From positions 408,941 through 472,940 of the forward strand of contig MU053792.1 in NCBI GenBank assembly GCA_013239625.1: a DNA stretch of 64,000 nt. Direction: 5' to 3'. The notes beneath the pieces are model-generated. The model was not told where the DNA came from and did no database searches. It saw only the letters and a program-made list of their open reading frames with translations. This stretch comes from Lama guanicoe (Eukaryota). How positions within the stretch are numbered: the first letter of the stretch is position 1; every line of letters starts with the position of its first letter. Shown here in pieces: positions 1-11,803 of this stretch. A program made the translations under genes and the position numbers.

Positions 1-770
1 GCCTTCCCACAAAGAAAACTGTACACCCAGATGGCCTCAGTGGTAAATTCTACATTTAACTTAAAAAATTATTCCTCAAAGACTCTCCCAGAAAATTGAA
101 AGTAAAGCAATATATTTCAACTCATTTTATAAGATCTAAATTATCCTAACACCAAAATCTAACTACAGTCCAATATGCTTCATAAACACTGATGTAAAAT
201 TTCTAAACAAAATGTTAGTAAACCAAATCCAGCAATATGGAAAAGAAATGATGCATCTTGATAAGGTGCAGTTTATTCCAGAACTGCAAGACTGGTTTAA
301 TATCTGATAATTCATTGCTGTAAGGCACCACATTAAAAAATTAAAAAAGGAAAATCATCTGATTGCATCAATGATACAGATAAAACATTTTACAATGTCC
401 ACTATCCTTTCAAGATAAAAACTTCCAGAAACCTTTAACCTTGTTAAACTAGACAAAAGTCATCTACAAAACACTTCAAGAAACAATATATCAACAAAGA
501 ACATATGTTGGTAGCAAATAAGTACATGAAAAAATGCTCAACACAACTTCCCTTTTGGAAAATGGAAATTAAAACCACAATGAGACACCACTGCACAACA
601 TTAGAAAGGCTAAAATTAAAAATGCAAAAAACAAAGTGTTGAAAAGGACGTGGAAGAACTGAAACTTGTATACAATATTGATGTAAATGTAAAATGGTAC
701 AATTTTGGAACAGAGTTTGGAAATATCTTAACAATTAAACATGCAGCTACTATATCCACAAACCAAATCA
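1..770 (+). mobile_element. Old LINE-1 ORF2 fragments (mid-ORF2/RT joined to ORF2 C-terminal part)
   Basis: Degenerate L1 motifs: cccagatggcctcagtggtaaattcta (PGPDGF region), aaccaaatccagcaatat, aaatggaaattaaaaccacaatgagacacca; many stops. Confidence 0.85.
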
Positions 771-799
771 CTTAATAGTAATTGCTATTCAAGAGCACA

Positions 800-1790
800 T
801 AGATTTTGTGTTTAGCAGACAAAGACTTTAAAGCAACTACTTCAATGAACTAAAGGAAAACATACTCAAAATATTAAAATATTATGATAATCAGTAAACA
901 GGTAAGGAATATCAGTTTTGAAAAACTACTAAAATGTCCAAATTAATAGAAAAATTTCCCTAATTTAACTCAATGGTTGTTTGAAGTCAATAAATGTGTC
1001 AATGAAACAGAAGGCAGATGAATAGAAATGATTAAATCAGAGGGACAGAGTGACAGACTCTCAGAAACCTGTGAGAAACTATTAAATGGATGAATATAAG
1101 TGTAATTATATATCCAGAAGAAGTAAAGAATGAGGATGGGGAAAAAAACTGTGATGAAATAAAGCAAAGTACCAAGTTTGATTTTTTTAAATTATCTTAT
1201 TGATTCAAGAAACTCATGAAGCTCAAGTACGCTGAATACAAAGAAAACCTCATTTATAGACACGTAATTGTGAAGCTTCTGAAAATTTTTCAGAAAAAAG
1301 ATGAAAATGCCAAAATATTATTTCAAGTGCTAATATCTCTCACTAAAAAGTTGAAATAAAGACATTTGAGAGAAATGAAAGCTGAAGGAACCAACCAGTA
1401 GTAAACCTGCATTACAAGATATGCTAACAGAGACTCTTCAGACTGGAGGAAAATGATACCAAATAAAACCTTGGATCTACCAAAAAAAAATAAAGATCTT
1501 CAGAAATAATTAAAAATTGTGCTTTCTTCTTGTAATTTGTTTCTAAGTAATAACTGTTTAAAACATAACAACAGTGGCCGGTGGAGGTTACTACACATAC
1601 AGATGGAAAATACATGAAAACGAAAGTAGAAAAGAGGAAGTTGGGTAAATGAAATTAAGGTGTTACAGTTAAGGTTATATTTCCAAAGAAAGAAGCAAGA
1701 AATGCAAAAGATAAAATGTGACTTTAGCAAGTTAAATATTACTTTAAAAAAATATCACTGAGGGGTATTAAAAAGCATGCCTCGGGCTGA
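800..1790 (+). mobile_element. Old LINE-1 ORF1/inter-ORF remnant
   Basis: A-rich decayed ORF1-like sequence (gactttaaagcaac, gattcaagaaactca, aataaagacatttgag, aaacctgcattacaagatatgcta). Confidence 0.65.
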
Positions 1791-1849
1791 TTAAAAATAA
1801 TTCTAATACAGATTTCTGGTAAGGACTTGAAACTAGAATATAAAAGTAA

Positions 1850-2320
1850 TTTAATAAAAGCCAAATTAGACACCACTGCATCAATAAAGAATGTCTAAAT
1901 TAAAAAAAAAAAGATTAACAGTTCCAAGTGCTGGTGAAGATACAGTAACAAGAACCCTAATACATCACTAGCGGGAATGCAAAAGTATACAGCCTCTTCA
2001 GAGTTAATATCCACTTCCCATAGGATCCATCAGTGTCATCCCTGACATCATACAAGATAAATGAAGACATAGACTCAAACAAGAAAGCTCACAGCAGCTT
2101 TATTCCTAAACATCAAGAATTGAAAACAATCAAACCATCCAACAATAGCTGAATGGATAAACAAGTTACAGTAAATGTATACAATGGAATATTGATAAAC
2201 AACAGGAACTAACTACAGATAAAGACAAGAGTGAATTCCAGAAACATTATATTGAGCATAAGAAACCAGATCCAAATGATTATGTCCAGTATAATCAATT
2301 TATATAAATCTCAGACTGGG
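1850..2320 (+). mobile_element. Old LINE-1 ORF2 end/3' UTR fragment (L1M-type)
   Basis: ccaagtgctggtgaaga, gggaatgcaaaa, cagcagctttattc, gaatggataaaca, acaatggaatatt. Confidence 0.75.
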
Positions 2321-5300
2321 ATACATATAATAAAATCTGCCAGGATCAGATAATTCTTAAGGCCATATTTCAAATGCAGTCACAACTTCTTCATGTTTTG
2401 TATGCAATTGCAACTTTTTACACTCAGGACAACTGCCAAGAAAGGCGTGTGAATGTATGAGGGCAGAAAAGAGATTTAAATATCACCCTGACATGACATG
2501 CTAATACAGTGTGAGAGTTCAGACAGCCTGCTGAATGACATTCCTTTTTTTGAGTATCTGTCAACAGACATTCAGAACACCGATCACGCACTTCATGCAG
2601 ATTTAAGACTCAACATAACAGAAGTGTGAATCAAGAGTGTGTTTTGTAAATGCTTTCTGAAAATAAAACTGCCTACAAGAAGGCAGTTCCGAGTTATTTA
2701 CAAAATTTGGCTCCCATTTTTCCCTGAGTAACAACACTCAGGCTAGCTTTCACTCAAACTTAATGTAATCACAAACCTGTCAGAGAACGCTTGTTCACTA
2801 AACCTAGAAATTCTTTAGAATTCTATTATTTATAGAACTCTGTCAATAGAAAATATGAATTCTATTTTTTTACTCATTTCGTTGCTCCTGGTTTGAATCA
2901 TACACCTGCTTCATTCTTTCCTAAGAATACTGGTTGGTAGACAGTCATACAAATAACATATGTTAATAAAACTCATTTTGTTTTCTCCAAGCTAACACCT
3001 ATTAATAAGAAACTAGATTTACTGTCATTGATATCATTCATATGGTCTTTTTGGTGACTTTCCTACAAATTGAGTTTCATCACATTTGGGGGAAAAACTA
3101 TTCTCATTTTACATGTGACCTAACAACTGACGTTAACAATTCTATTTCCTATAATTGCCTTATTTTTTTCAACCATTGTCTTCTAGACAAGGAGTAATTG
3201 AAAAGGATTGTATGTATAAATGTAAAATATAATGCTGGGCCTTTAGAGTTTGCTGTATCAAAGAAAAATACAATAATTTCATTACATGCTTTTTTTTTTT
3301 TTTTGGAGGTGAGAGGTTGACAAGGTGAGGACTAGGTAGGCAGATTCTGTTGCAGTGAGACCAGTAGTTCCACTTAAGGGCAGATGTTATAAACTATATC
3401 TGATGTTCAAATCTGTGAGGCAAGGAGGAAAAACAATTTGGTGTTCAAATTTGTGAGGCAAAAAAAAAAAAGCCACTGTCCACTAAATACCAAGTGTAAA
3501 ATAATTTCAAAGTCAAACCTGTCTTAGAACCATGACAAGGTTAACTGCATGGTTACACACGCAGAAATATATTAAATATTTAAAGTTAAACATCTAATTT
3601 GTTGACTTCTTCTTCCTCAATTATTTTTCCCTAATCTGAATCTATCATTGTGTATCATTAGGATAATCTTTGGGGCACTCATGATTGTATTAATTAAGCT
3701 AATAGGTATCTTCATAAAAAGAAACAGAGATGTTAACAAAATTAAACTTTAAATAGCATTTATTTTCAGTTCCCCAGTCTAGATGTTAGTTTTGAAGAAA
3801 CAAAAGCCCAAAGAAACTAATGTGGTTGAGACTGCTTGAATGTCCAGACTAGACTGGATCTTTTCCAAATACACCAATCAATTGTGAGGCACTGAGTTCT
3901 TTAAAAAAGGTGTTACTACAATTAAACCTTGATTAAGCTCTAGGTGTTTCCTTTGTCTTCAGGGCATTAGGATGACAAAAGATATTAAGAATTTATAAAA
4001 TCATATTTTTAGGTGCTGTGAAACTAATCATTCGTTAAAGCATGCTCACACTTGAAGCATCTCCGAAAGATTCTGGTTACCATGTACTTGAGTTGCTAGA
4101 CATTCACACCCAGATAAAAATGGAATTCAAGCTGACAAAGTCAACTGTCCAGATTTTTTTGGCAAAACCAGAGTAAGTACTATTGATATCTGTCCTTTTT
4201 TTTGTTCTTAGGTGATTATTTGATTGTTCATAGCTATAAAATACGGACCACATATCCTGTCACATTTTATTTGTGGAGATGACGTCCGTCTAAGCAGCAA
4301 GAGCACTGTGTCAAGTTAAGGGCACACTTACATACACGTGATGCCTGAAGACAGTAGTGGATAATTGTAGTGAACGTGGAATGGATTGGCTAATAAAGAA
4401 AAATAAACTTCTAAATTATTTTTGAAAATGTTGGTTAATATACTTGAATTCCACCTCAGAAAAAAATTCTAAGTACATTCTGTGTAGATAATTGAATAGG
4501 TACTATGTACAATATTATAGAGTTATCTTCATGTGTATGTTTGCCCAAAGTGCATTTATTTTGTTATACTTGCCCCTTGGGGAGTTCTTCAAGGCCTATG
4601 CAAATTGCTTTCATATTAACCTATGGAAATCCACCTCCAAATCTCAGGGCCTCCTAGGGGAGAACTCACAAGTGAAAATCAGCTCTGCTCCAGTTTATGA
4701 AGTGGCATTCTTCCATTATTGATGGTTCTTGTTAAGTACAAGACTCACAGAGTGCAGAGCAATGAAAATTATTCTTTTGTTTCTTATGCACAGTGGACAC
4801 ATTCTTAGATTGTCTAGACTAAACACTTTGCTTTCCATTTTTATGTTAAAATACTTCATCTCTGATCTATACATGCACGTCAAATTTTGAAGATTTCCAT
4901 TACATGAAAATCTTAGTTATTGATGTTCTTTCCTTCAGTAATTGTCATAAACCCTCAGAACTCTCTAAGCCTGAGTTTACATTACAGTCCACTAAAAATT
5001 TCCCACTGTTTCTCTTAGAAGCAGACATTTTAATTGTCAAACAAAAAACATGGGCTATCATTCTAAAACAGATATTTCAGGAAATCTAGACAACCGCCAG
5101 TAATTCTCTTGCAGACGTGGAAATGAGACAAATTAAATCTTCATCGAGACAAACCCCTGGAGACTCAGGCCTGTCTTCCAAAGCCAAATAGAAGCACTGG
5201 AGACACATGAGGAAATCAGTTGAGTGAATGCTAGTGAAATGCATTGAGGACTCCCTTCTAGATCTGGATTTTAATCATTCCAAATCCACACTTGAATTTT

Positions 5301-7169
5301 TTTTTCTACTAATGTAACAAAATTATGTCCCTGTCTGATTACAATTTAGGAAAAAGTCAGTCTTGGCATCCTTATTTTTCAAGCTTCATGTTGTGGGGGG
5401 CGGGGTTAAAATATTAAACATTTGCAAGGTTTGAAGATGAGTCATACACTCCCCGACCCCCCCCGCGTGCTTTTTCTTAGCATGGGAAGAAACAAGTCAC
5501 CATAGTTAGTTACACCATATATTGTATACCTTTCACTGTTGCTCTGATCCGGCTGTTTACTTTCTTTGACAATGTTTACTTTTTGTCCTTGAATTTATTG
5601 ATGTAGCCCTATGTAAGGATTGATCTGAAAAACTCATAAAATGAGCCCAAATTCAGGACTACCTTAAAAGAGAAGAAGAGGCAAGAAAACACCCAGAAGT
5701 CCATGTTCAAGGAACCCTAAGTCACTTTGCTAGAAGTAAGAGTTGGATTGAAAGGCCACTGAAGTGTTACGTGATACTGGGATTTTACACAGAGAACCAA
5801 GGCTATTTAAATTCAGCCATGACCCAGCCAGCAAACCTAGTTGCTGGGTTTTCCAGAAGAAACACATATGTGTAGGAAAAAAGGGAAAACAAAGTATAGT
5901 AAACCTTTACACGAACTAAAGATTTGGCCAATATAGAATGCACTGTATTTTTTTATTCCCTTATCAATCCTCAAACTAAAGTCATGAAAAAGACCCACCT
6001 CGTGCTTCCTTAATGTCCTGGGTGAAACCTCACATCTCACTGCTCTGATGAGTGAAAGAGTCCGTTCCAAGTGCAGCAGTTAATGTACACACATGAGCTT
6101 GTGTGAGAGCGTGCCTGTAGCACATGCACATGCACACGCACACGCACATGTGCAAACGTAAGGAAGAAAGAAATAGAATATCTTAATGTCTGTGGTAGAT
6201 CTGTCCCAGCCACAAACTTCTAGTCCTCTCAGGCTAGAATGATAAGCATGGGTGTAGACATTGTATGAGAGACAGAAAGCGATTCAAAGGACAAAGACAT
6301 ATGTCATACCCCTAATATTTGGCACACTCCTACCTATACTTAGCCACAACTGCTGCAGCAAGAGATAATAATTTTGATTTGAATAGAGTTCTGAAATCAT
6401 CCTCTCCACAGCTCCATTTGTCTCCCATTTAGTAAATCATTTTCTACTATAATTCCAAAGGGTTTGGCCATGTGAAAACGAATACCGCAACAGATAAATG
6501 TGGAATTTGCTTTAAGCTGTTATCTAGATGAGCAGAGAAGACAGAATGTCAAGTGCTTTCTTAGGGACACTGGGCAAGATCTATTTTTATTGGTAAGGCA
6601 AAGACAGTGAACTGGCTTCCTCTGGATGACTGAAGCTCTATATAAGGGTAAGTATAAAGAGGTCTAGGGGAAGGATCCAGGACATTAGCAGGTGGTGTGA
6701 CAGAAGAGAAGAAATCTCTCTCTCTTTTTCCCTCCCTTCTTTCCTCCTTCCCTCTCTTTCTTCTCTTTGGAAACCATCATACACTTTCCCCTGGAAATGA
6801 AAAGAATAAATCACAGAATTACAAACCTGCTGCTAATTATTTCCCTCTCAATCAATTAATGTCCAGGTGCAGTGACTGTGATTGTGAAATCAGGTGAAAC
6901 TGATGTGAAAATGTTTGTGAATGAATAATTCTTCAGTCAGAAGTCATTCAACTCAACTTTCACAGCTTACCCAAACAAAAACAGGAGGGCTTTTTTTCCC
7001 ACACATGTATATTTCTTTAACAAAAATTTATTGGGCGCCTATTTAGGATCTGACACATTTAATGATGCCTTGCTCTCTAGCATAACTGAAATAATCAATG
7101 CAATGAAAATTGCAATATCCCAAAAGTTAGGGATGGGTCGTTTACAAAGCTAGCACAGAAAATTCCTTT

Positions 7170-7207
7170 GCTGTACTTTACAAACGTTCATTTATTTAAT
7201 CTTTATA

Positions 7208-7239
<32 letters not shown>

Positions 7240-7380
7240 GATTGGTTTTATTGTTTGTTTATTTTATAGAGCTAGCAATGAGGGTCTAGTGATAACTTGC
7301 CTAATGTCACATCTCTAGCAAATGATAAAACTGATCTGAACGGTCTGCCTCTAGTGCCTCTGCTCTTAATCATCATGCTG
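7170..7380 (-). mobile_element. MIR SINE
   Basis: Reverse MIR core: attttatagag...gataacttgcctaatgtcaca...tctgctcttaatca. Confidence 0.7.
7207..7239. repeat. (CA)n microsatellite
   Basis: Direct reading; one interruption. Confidence 0.95.
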
Positions 7381-8327
7381 CTCTTGATCAACATTTTGTG
7401 CACAAATATAAGTGATACACAGAAATTTTTACTTAAGTGGAAGAAGTTTATAACACAATGTTTAATATAAGAAAAATATACAAGTAATCAAAGTTAGGGG
7501 GCAGGGAAGGCAAGTGGAGAAAGAGAGACAGGCAGAGAAATCCAAATAATTGAGTCACTTTAGAGATGGTGATGGCTGCTTTGTCTGGCCCAGCTAGGTA
7601 GGAATTATACACCATTTTGCTCATGGAGAACGCAAACTCAGACAAATTGAGATTGGGAAGTTTTTGGAGTCAGGACTTCACAGCTTTTCATGCCCAACAT
7701 TTCAATATTAAATTCCTTTGAAGTGAAAACAGCATAGGAATTAGGCCCACATAAGATAAGAACAATCTTGCAGAGAGAATTTTAAAAAAAAAAACTTAGG
7801 AAATAGCTGTTTCTTAACTGTGAAACCATCATCTCTCATTCAGTCTCACCAGACAGCATCTTTCAGTGATGACACAACAGCAATTTATCTTTGCTCTGAA
7901 ATCTGCTGGAATCGTAAGATAGGCATTTTCTTTGCAGGGGTCCCGGTTCGTGAATACTCATTTCCTCTTGTAAGAAAAGAACAGAATTTTGTCTCTAACT
8001 TCTCAGTTTATATCAAAACATCTTTTTGGCTCAATCTATCCTAATAAGTAGCCCAAAGCAATTCTCAGGATTTTTTTTTAATATTAATATTGTGAATTTT
8101 AGGTTTCTTTGCTATAATTTTCAAAGCCTAATCTCTTTAGATTTGAAGTTATGAGAAGTATTTTAAATAAAAATCAACTTATGGAGATTTACAACTATAA
8201 TTTTAAAGTGACCGTTGTTAATTCAGAATCATTTGTTCTGATTAGAGATGAATTTGGTGACCCTCAAAGGGTTTCTGCCTTCTGGAGCAGCAGCTCCTGA
8301 AAATCATTCAATTAAAATGGGAGTTAG

Positions 8328-8483
8328 TCAGGGAAATATATACAAGATCTTATGGTAGCTCACAGAGAAAAAAATGTGACAATGAATATATATATGTTCA
8401 TGTATAACTGAAAAATTGTGCTCTACACTGGAATTTGACACAACATTGTAAAATGATCATAAATCAATAAAAAATGTTAAAAA
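8328..8483 (+). mobile_element. Young 5'-truncated LINE-1 3' end with perfect 14-bp TSD
   Basis: TSD aaaatgggagttag at 8314-8327 and 8484-8497; TT/AAAA endonuclease site; AATAAA plus A-tail. Confidence 0.92.
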
Positions 8484-8847
8484 AAAATGGGAGTTAGGGG
8501 AGTGAAGGTCTTGGGCTATTTATAATCACTATAATTCTTCCCAAATGATTGATTTCTCCAAAAAGAAAACAGGTTTATTAAATGTCATTTTCTTTATCTA
8601 TTATTTATTTAGTTAGCTACTGCATGTGCTGCTGAATTTGACATATCAGAGTCATATTTTAGGAAACAAGAAATAAACTGATAGTAAGACAAAGTACACA
8701 TTTTTAAGTTTTTGTTTACCCCGACTGCCATTCAAAATTAAATGTTACCGTATTTGACTATTCTCTTGCCTAATACACCTATACAGTTTTGTATGTTTAT
8801 ACCTCTGCTCCTATTGTTCCTTAACTACAGTGACTTCAGTATATGTA

Positions 8848-9175
8848 TGTGGTATACCACTCAGATCCCCTGTCACCGGGTATGGCTATTTCTAGCTGCC
8901 ACTAAGCCTGAAACTAATGGCGTATACCTGGGTCTTCTCCAGAGGATCACCTTGGTTATCAAGAGACACATGGAGACTCTATACCCCAGAGCTCCCCACA
9001 GAGAAGTCCAGGCTGGACTCTACTTGTGACCACATCCCTGATGAGCAAGCTTCCTTTTCCTTGTCTGCTCCATTCCTTCCCTTATAGGATTTTCCTGAGG
9101 AATACTCCTTTAATAAGCCACACGTACCTCAACCCTTGCCTTAGGCTTAGTTTCCAGGGAACCCAGCCTACAGAA
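8848..9175 (+). mobile_element. ERVL solo LTR (LTR16-like)
   Basis: Starts tgtgg...cagatcccc; ends aataagccacacgtacctcaacccttgccttaggcttagtttccagggaacccagcct, resembling LTR16 3' ends. Confidence 0.7.
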
Positions 9176-9349
9176 TTACGTTTCCCACTCTTTTCTACCT
9201 TGTATATTACTGTCATTCTCCCAGGTCCAGCTCAAATGCATTTCCTCTAAAGTCTTTCAGTATAGTTCCTCCATCTTGATATCACAGGCAAAATTAATTA
9301 TTTTTTCCCTTCGTACTTTATTGGGATATATGGCATTTATATTAAGTTA

Positions 9350-9485
9350 ATTCATTGCATATATATTCATACAAAAACCATTTACCAAATACCTACTGCA
9401 TGCCCGATGCTATTTTGGGACACTAACAATACAAAAGGGGATAAGACACACAAGGTCCTGCTCTCCTGGAGCTTATAGCCTAGTA
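9350..9485 (-). mobile_element. L2 LINE 3' end fragment
   Basis: ttcatt...catttaccaaatacctactgcatgcc...gtcctgctctcctggagcttatagcctagt. Confidence 0.75.
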
Positions 9486-11203
9486 ATAAATGTAAGTGTA
9501 CTACATAAGTTTAGACAGGGAAAAAGGCAATAATAATGAAGAGCAAAAAAATAATGTAAGTGTTCAGGGAAATGTTCTTTTGCAAAGGTAAGTGCTTGTC
9601 AAGAGCAAGAGCACAGAGCATGCATGTTTTGCACAATGAAATGCAGAACACCTAGAAAAGGTGACTGACTTGGACTAGAGCATTCTACTGTTAACTGAAT
9701 GCAATTCCTGAAAATAGTGTTCTGACCGTTTTTCTTTGAAACTTTATTCTTTAGTTTAATACTATTTTAACAATGGTAATTTGAGAGTTCCTCCTTTCAG
9801 AGGGTATCCAATTAAGAGATCATAAATTATCCTTATTCAGTTTTCTTTGTTGACATAGCTATGAAGGTTGAGAAGAAAAAAATTTCATAACTTGGAAAGT
9901 CAAATCTTCCAGGCAATAAATTAGCAAACTCTAATAAATCTTATAAAAATAGTCCATAGAACCAGATAAAGAAATATTTGAGGGGCACATACATATTTTA
10001 AGTTACAAAATAGGGAAGTCCTACCCATTCAATAAGGAGATATCTGGTTAGCACTACTGTTTGCCTGTGGCTCAGATATCTAAGATTTACACAAATAAGA
10101 AATGAGATTTTTTTCACAAGAGAGTCAATTCTCTTGCTTTCATCAAATCACATCCTTGAGAAAAGTGGCCACATGAAAAATAAATATTAAAAATATAGCT
10201 CCATTGAAGCCAAGAATAACCAATTGAAAGACATTTTAATAAATAATTGCATTCACAGATGTACCATGAAGATAAAAAGAGATAAGAATAAACCTGACAA
10301 GAAAAATTAGGAGTATATATTTTTAAGAGTCTACAAAAATGTACTCTTAGAATAAATAAATTCATATACTGTGTTTCTAGGAGTTCTTTAAATATGTCTC
10401 TTTTCTTAGATTTATTTACAGGTGAATGGAATGTCACTGTCTTTCAAAAAAGAAGCAAAATAAGGACATTTTATGATAAACAAAAGTTGAGAAAATTCAT
10501 CATCAACAAACTTGCTCTAAAAGAAGTGTTGAAGAGAGTTCTTCACACTGAAGAAAAATAATACCAGAAGGTAATTTGGCTTTGCACAAAGAAATGAAGG
10601 GTAACGGAAATGGTAAATATAAGAGCAAATGCTTTTTATATTATTATTATTTTAAATCTCTTTAAAAGCAATTGAATATTTTATGCAAATACAATAGCAA
10701 TATATTTTGGAGTTTATGGCATAAGCACAAGCAAAATATATGATCGCAATAGCATAAAGAATGGTGAGGGAAGTTGAAATATACTGCGATAAGGTACTTG
10801 TCTTATATATAAAGTGTTATAGTATTTGAAAGTAGGTTGTGATAAGTTAAAGATGAATATTGCCAAAACCTGAAGTAACCACTAACTAATAAAAAAGAGG
10901 TATAGTTCTTAGCAATGGAGAAGATGAAATGAAATCATAAAATATACACAATTTATGAGAATATAGGAAGAAAAGATAAACAGAAACAAGTGGTGACAAA
11001 TAGAAACAAATTTAAAGAAGGTAAGTTTAAAATCCACTCCATCCATAATTATGTTAAATCTATGTTAAGTATAAATTGTCTAAATGTTCCAATTAAAAGG
11101 TACATATTGTCAGTTTGTATACATTTGCAAGATTCTTACTATATGCTGCCTGTAAGAAATCTACTTCAAATATAAAGAGAAAGAGAAATTAAAAGTAAAA
11201 GGA

Positions 11204-11275
11204 ATATATATATATATATACACACACACAGAAATATATATAACACACATACACACACTGTATATATATGTATGT
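11204..11275. repeat. Compound (TA)n/(CA)n microsatellite
   Basis: Direct reading. Confidence 0.85.
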
Positions 11276-11281
11276 GCACAT

Positions 11282-11803
11282 TGTAGGGAGAGGAATTTTT
11301 CCCCTACCCTTCTTGGTTCTTTTGGCTGGTCTAACAATTAAATTGTCACAACGCAGATTAATGGGAGAAATAATAAAGCATATATAATTTAATTTGTACA
11401 GAGGTCTCATAGAAATAAAGCCCCAGAAATGACCAGAGCAGGCTGTTTATATACCTTTTAGACAAAAAAAAAAGCAATAAATTTGTGAAGAACTGACAAG
11501 AAACAAAAACTAGGCTTGGGTAGTAATTATTAAAAGCAATAAAAACAAAACAAAAACAAACAAATTAGAGTTTCTTTGCACAGCATTCTCTGCACTAAAT
11601 TCCCTTTCTCTGGTGGTAAGAATGTCTCTCTACCTCCTGGTACAGGCAGGGCCTCTTTCATATGGGAGGTTTAGTCCATACTTTCAGGGGGACTGAAGGG
11701 GGGTCATATTTTTGCACTGGCTGTTTCTCAAGTAATTTTAATTCAAACTAATCAATATGCCACTTTAGCATATTTTGAGACAACCTCCCCTGAGCTCCAT
11801 TAA
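11282..11803 (-). mobile_element. ERV1-class solo LTR inserted in the old L1
   Basis: Starts TG (tgtagggagaggaatttttcccctaccc); ends aatcaatatgcc...gcatattttgag...ccctgagctcc, like reverse laurasiatherian ERV1 LTRs; L1 resumes after it. Confidence 0.7.

Noticed and set aside
7820..8044. ORF with DDTTAIYLCS resembling the Ig/TCR V-region D-x-A-x-Y-x-C motif
   Set aside because: GTG start; no first Cys or Trp framework and no RSS heptamer/nonamer after the motif.
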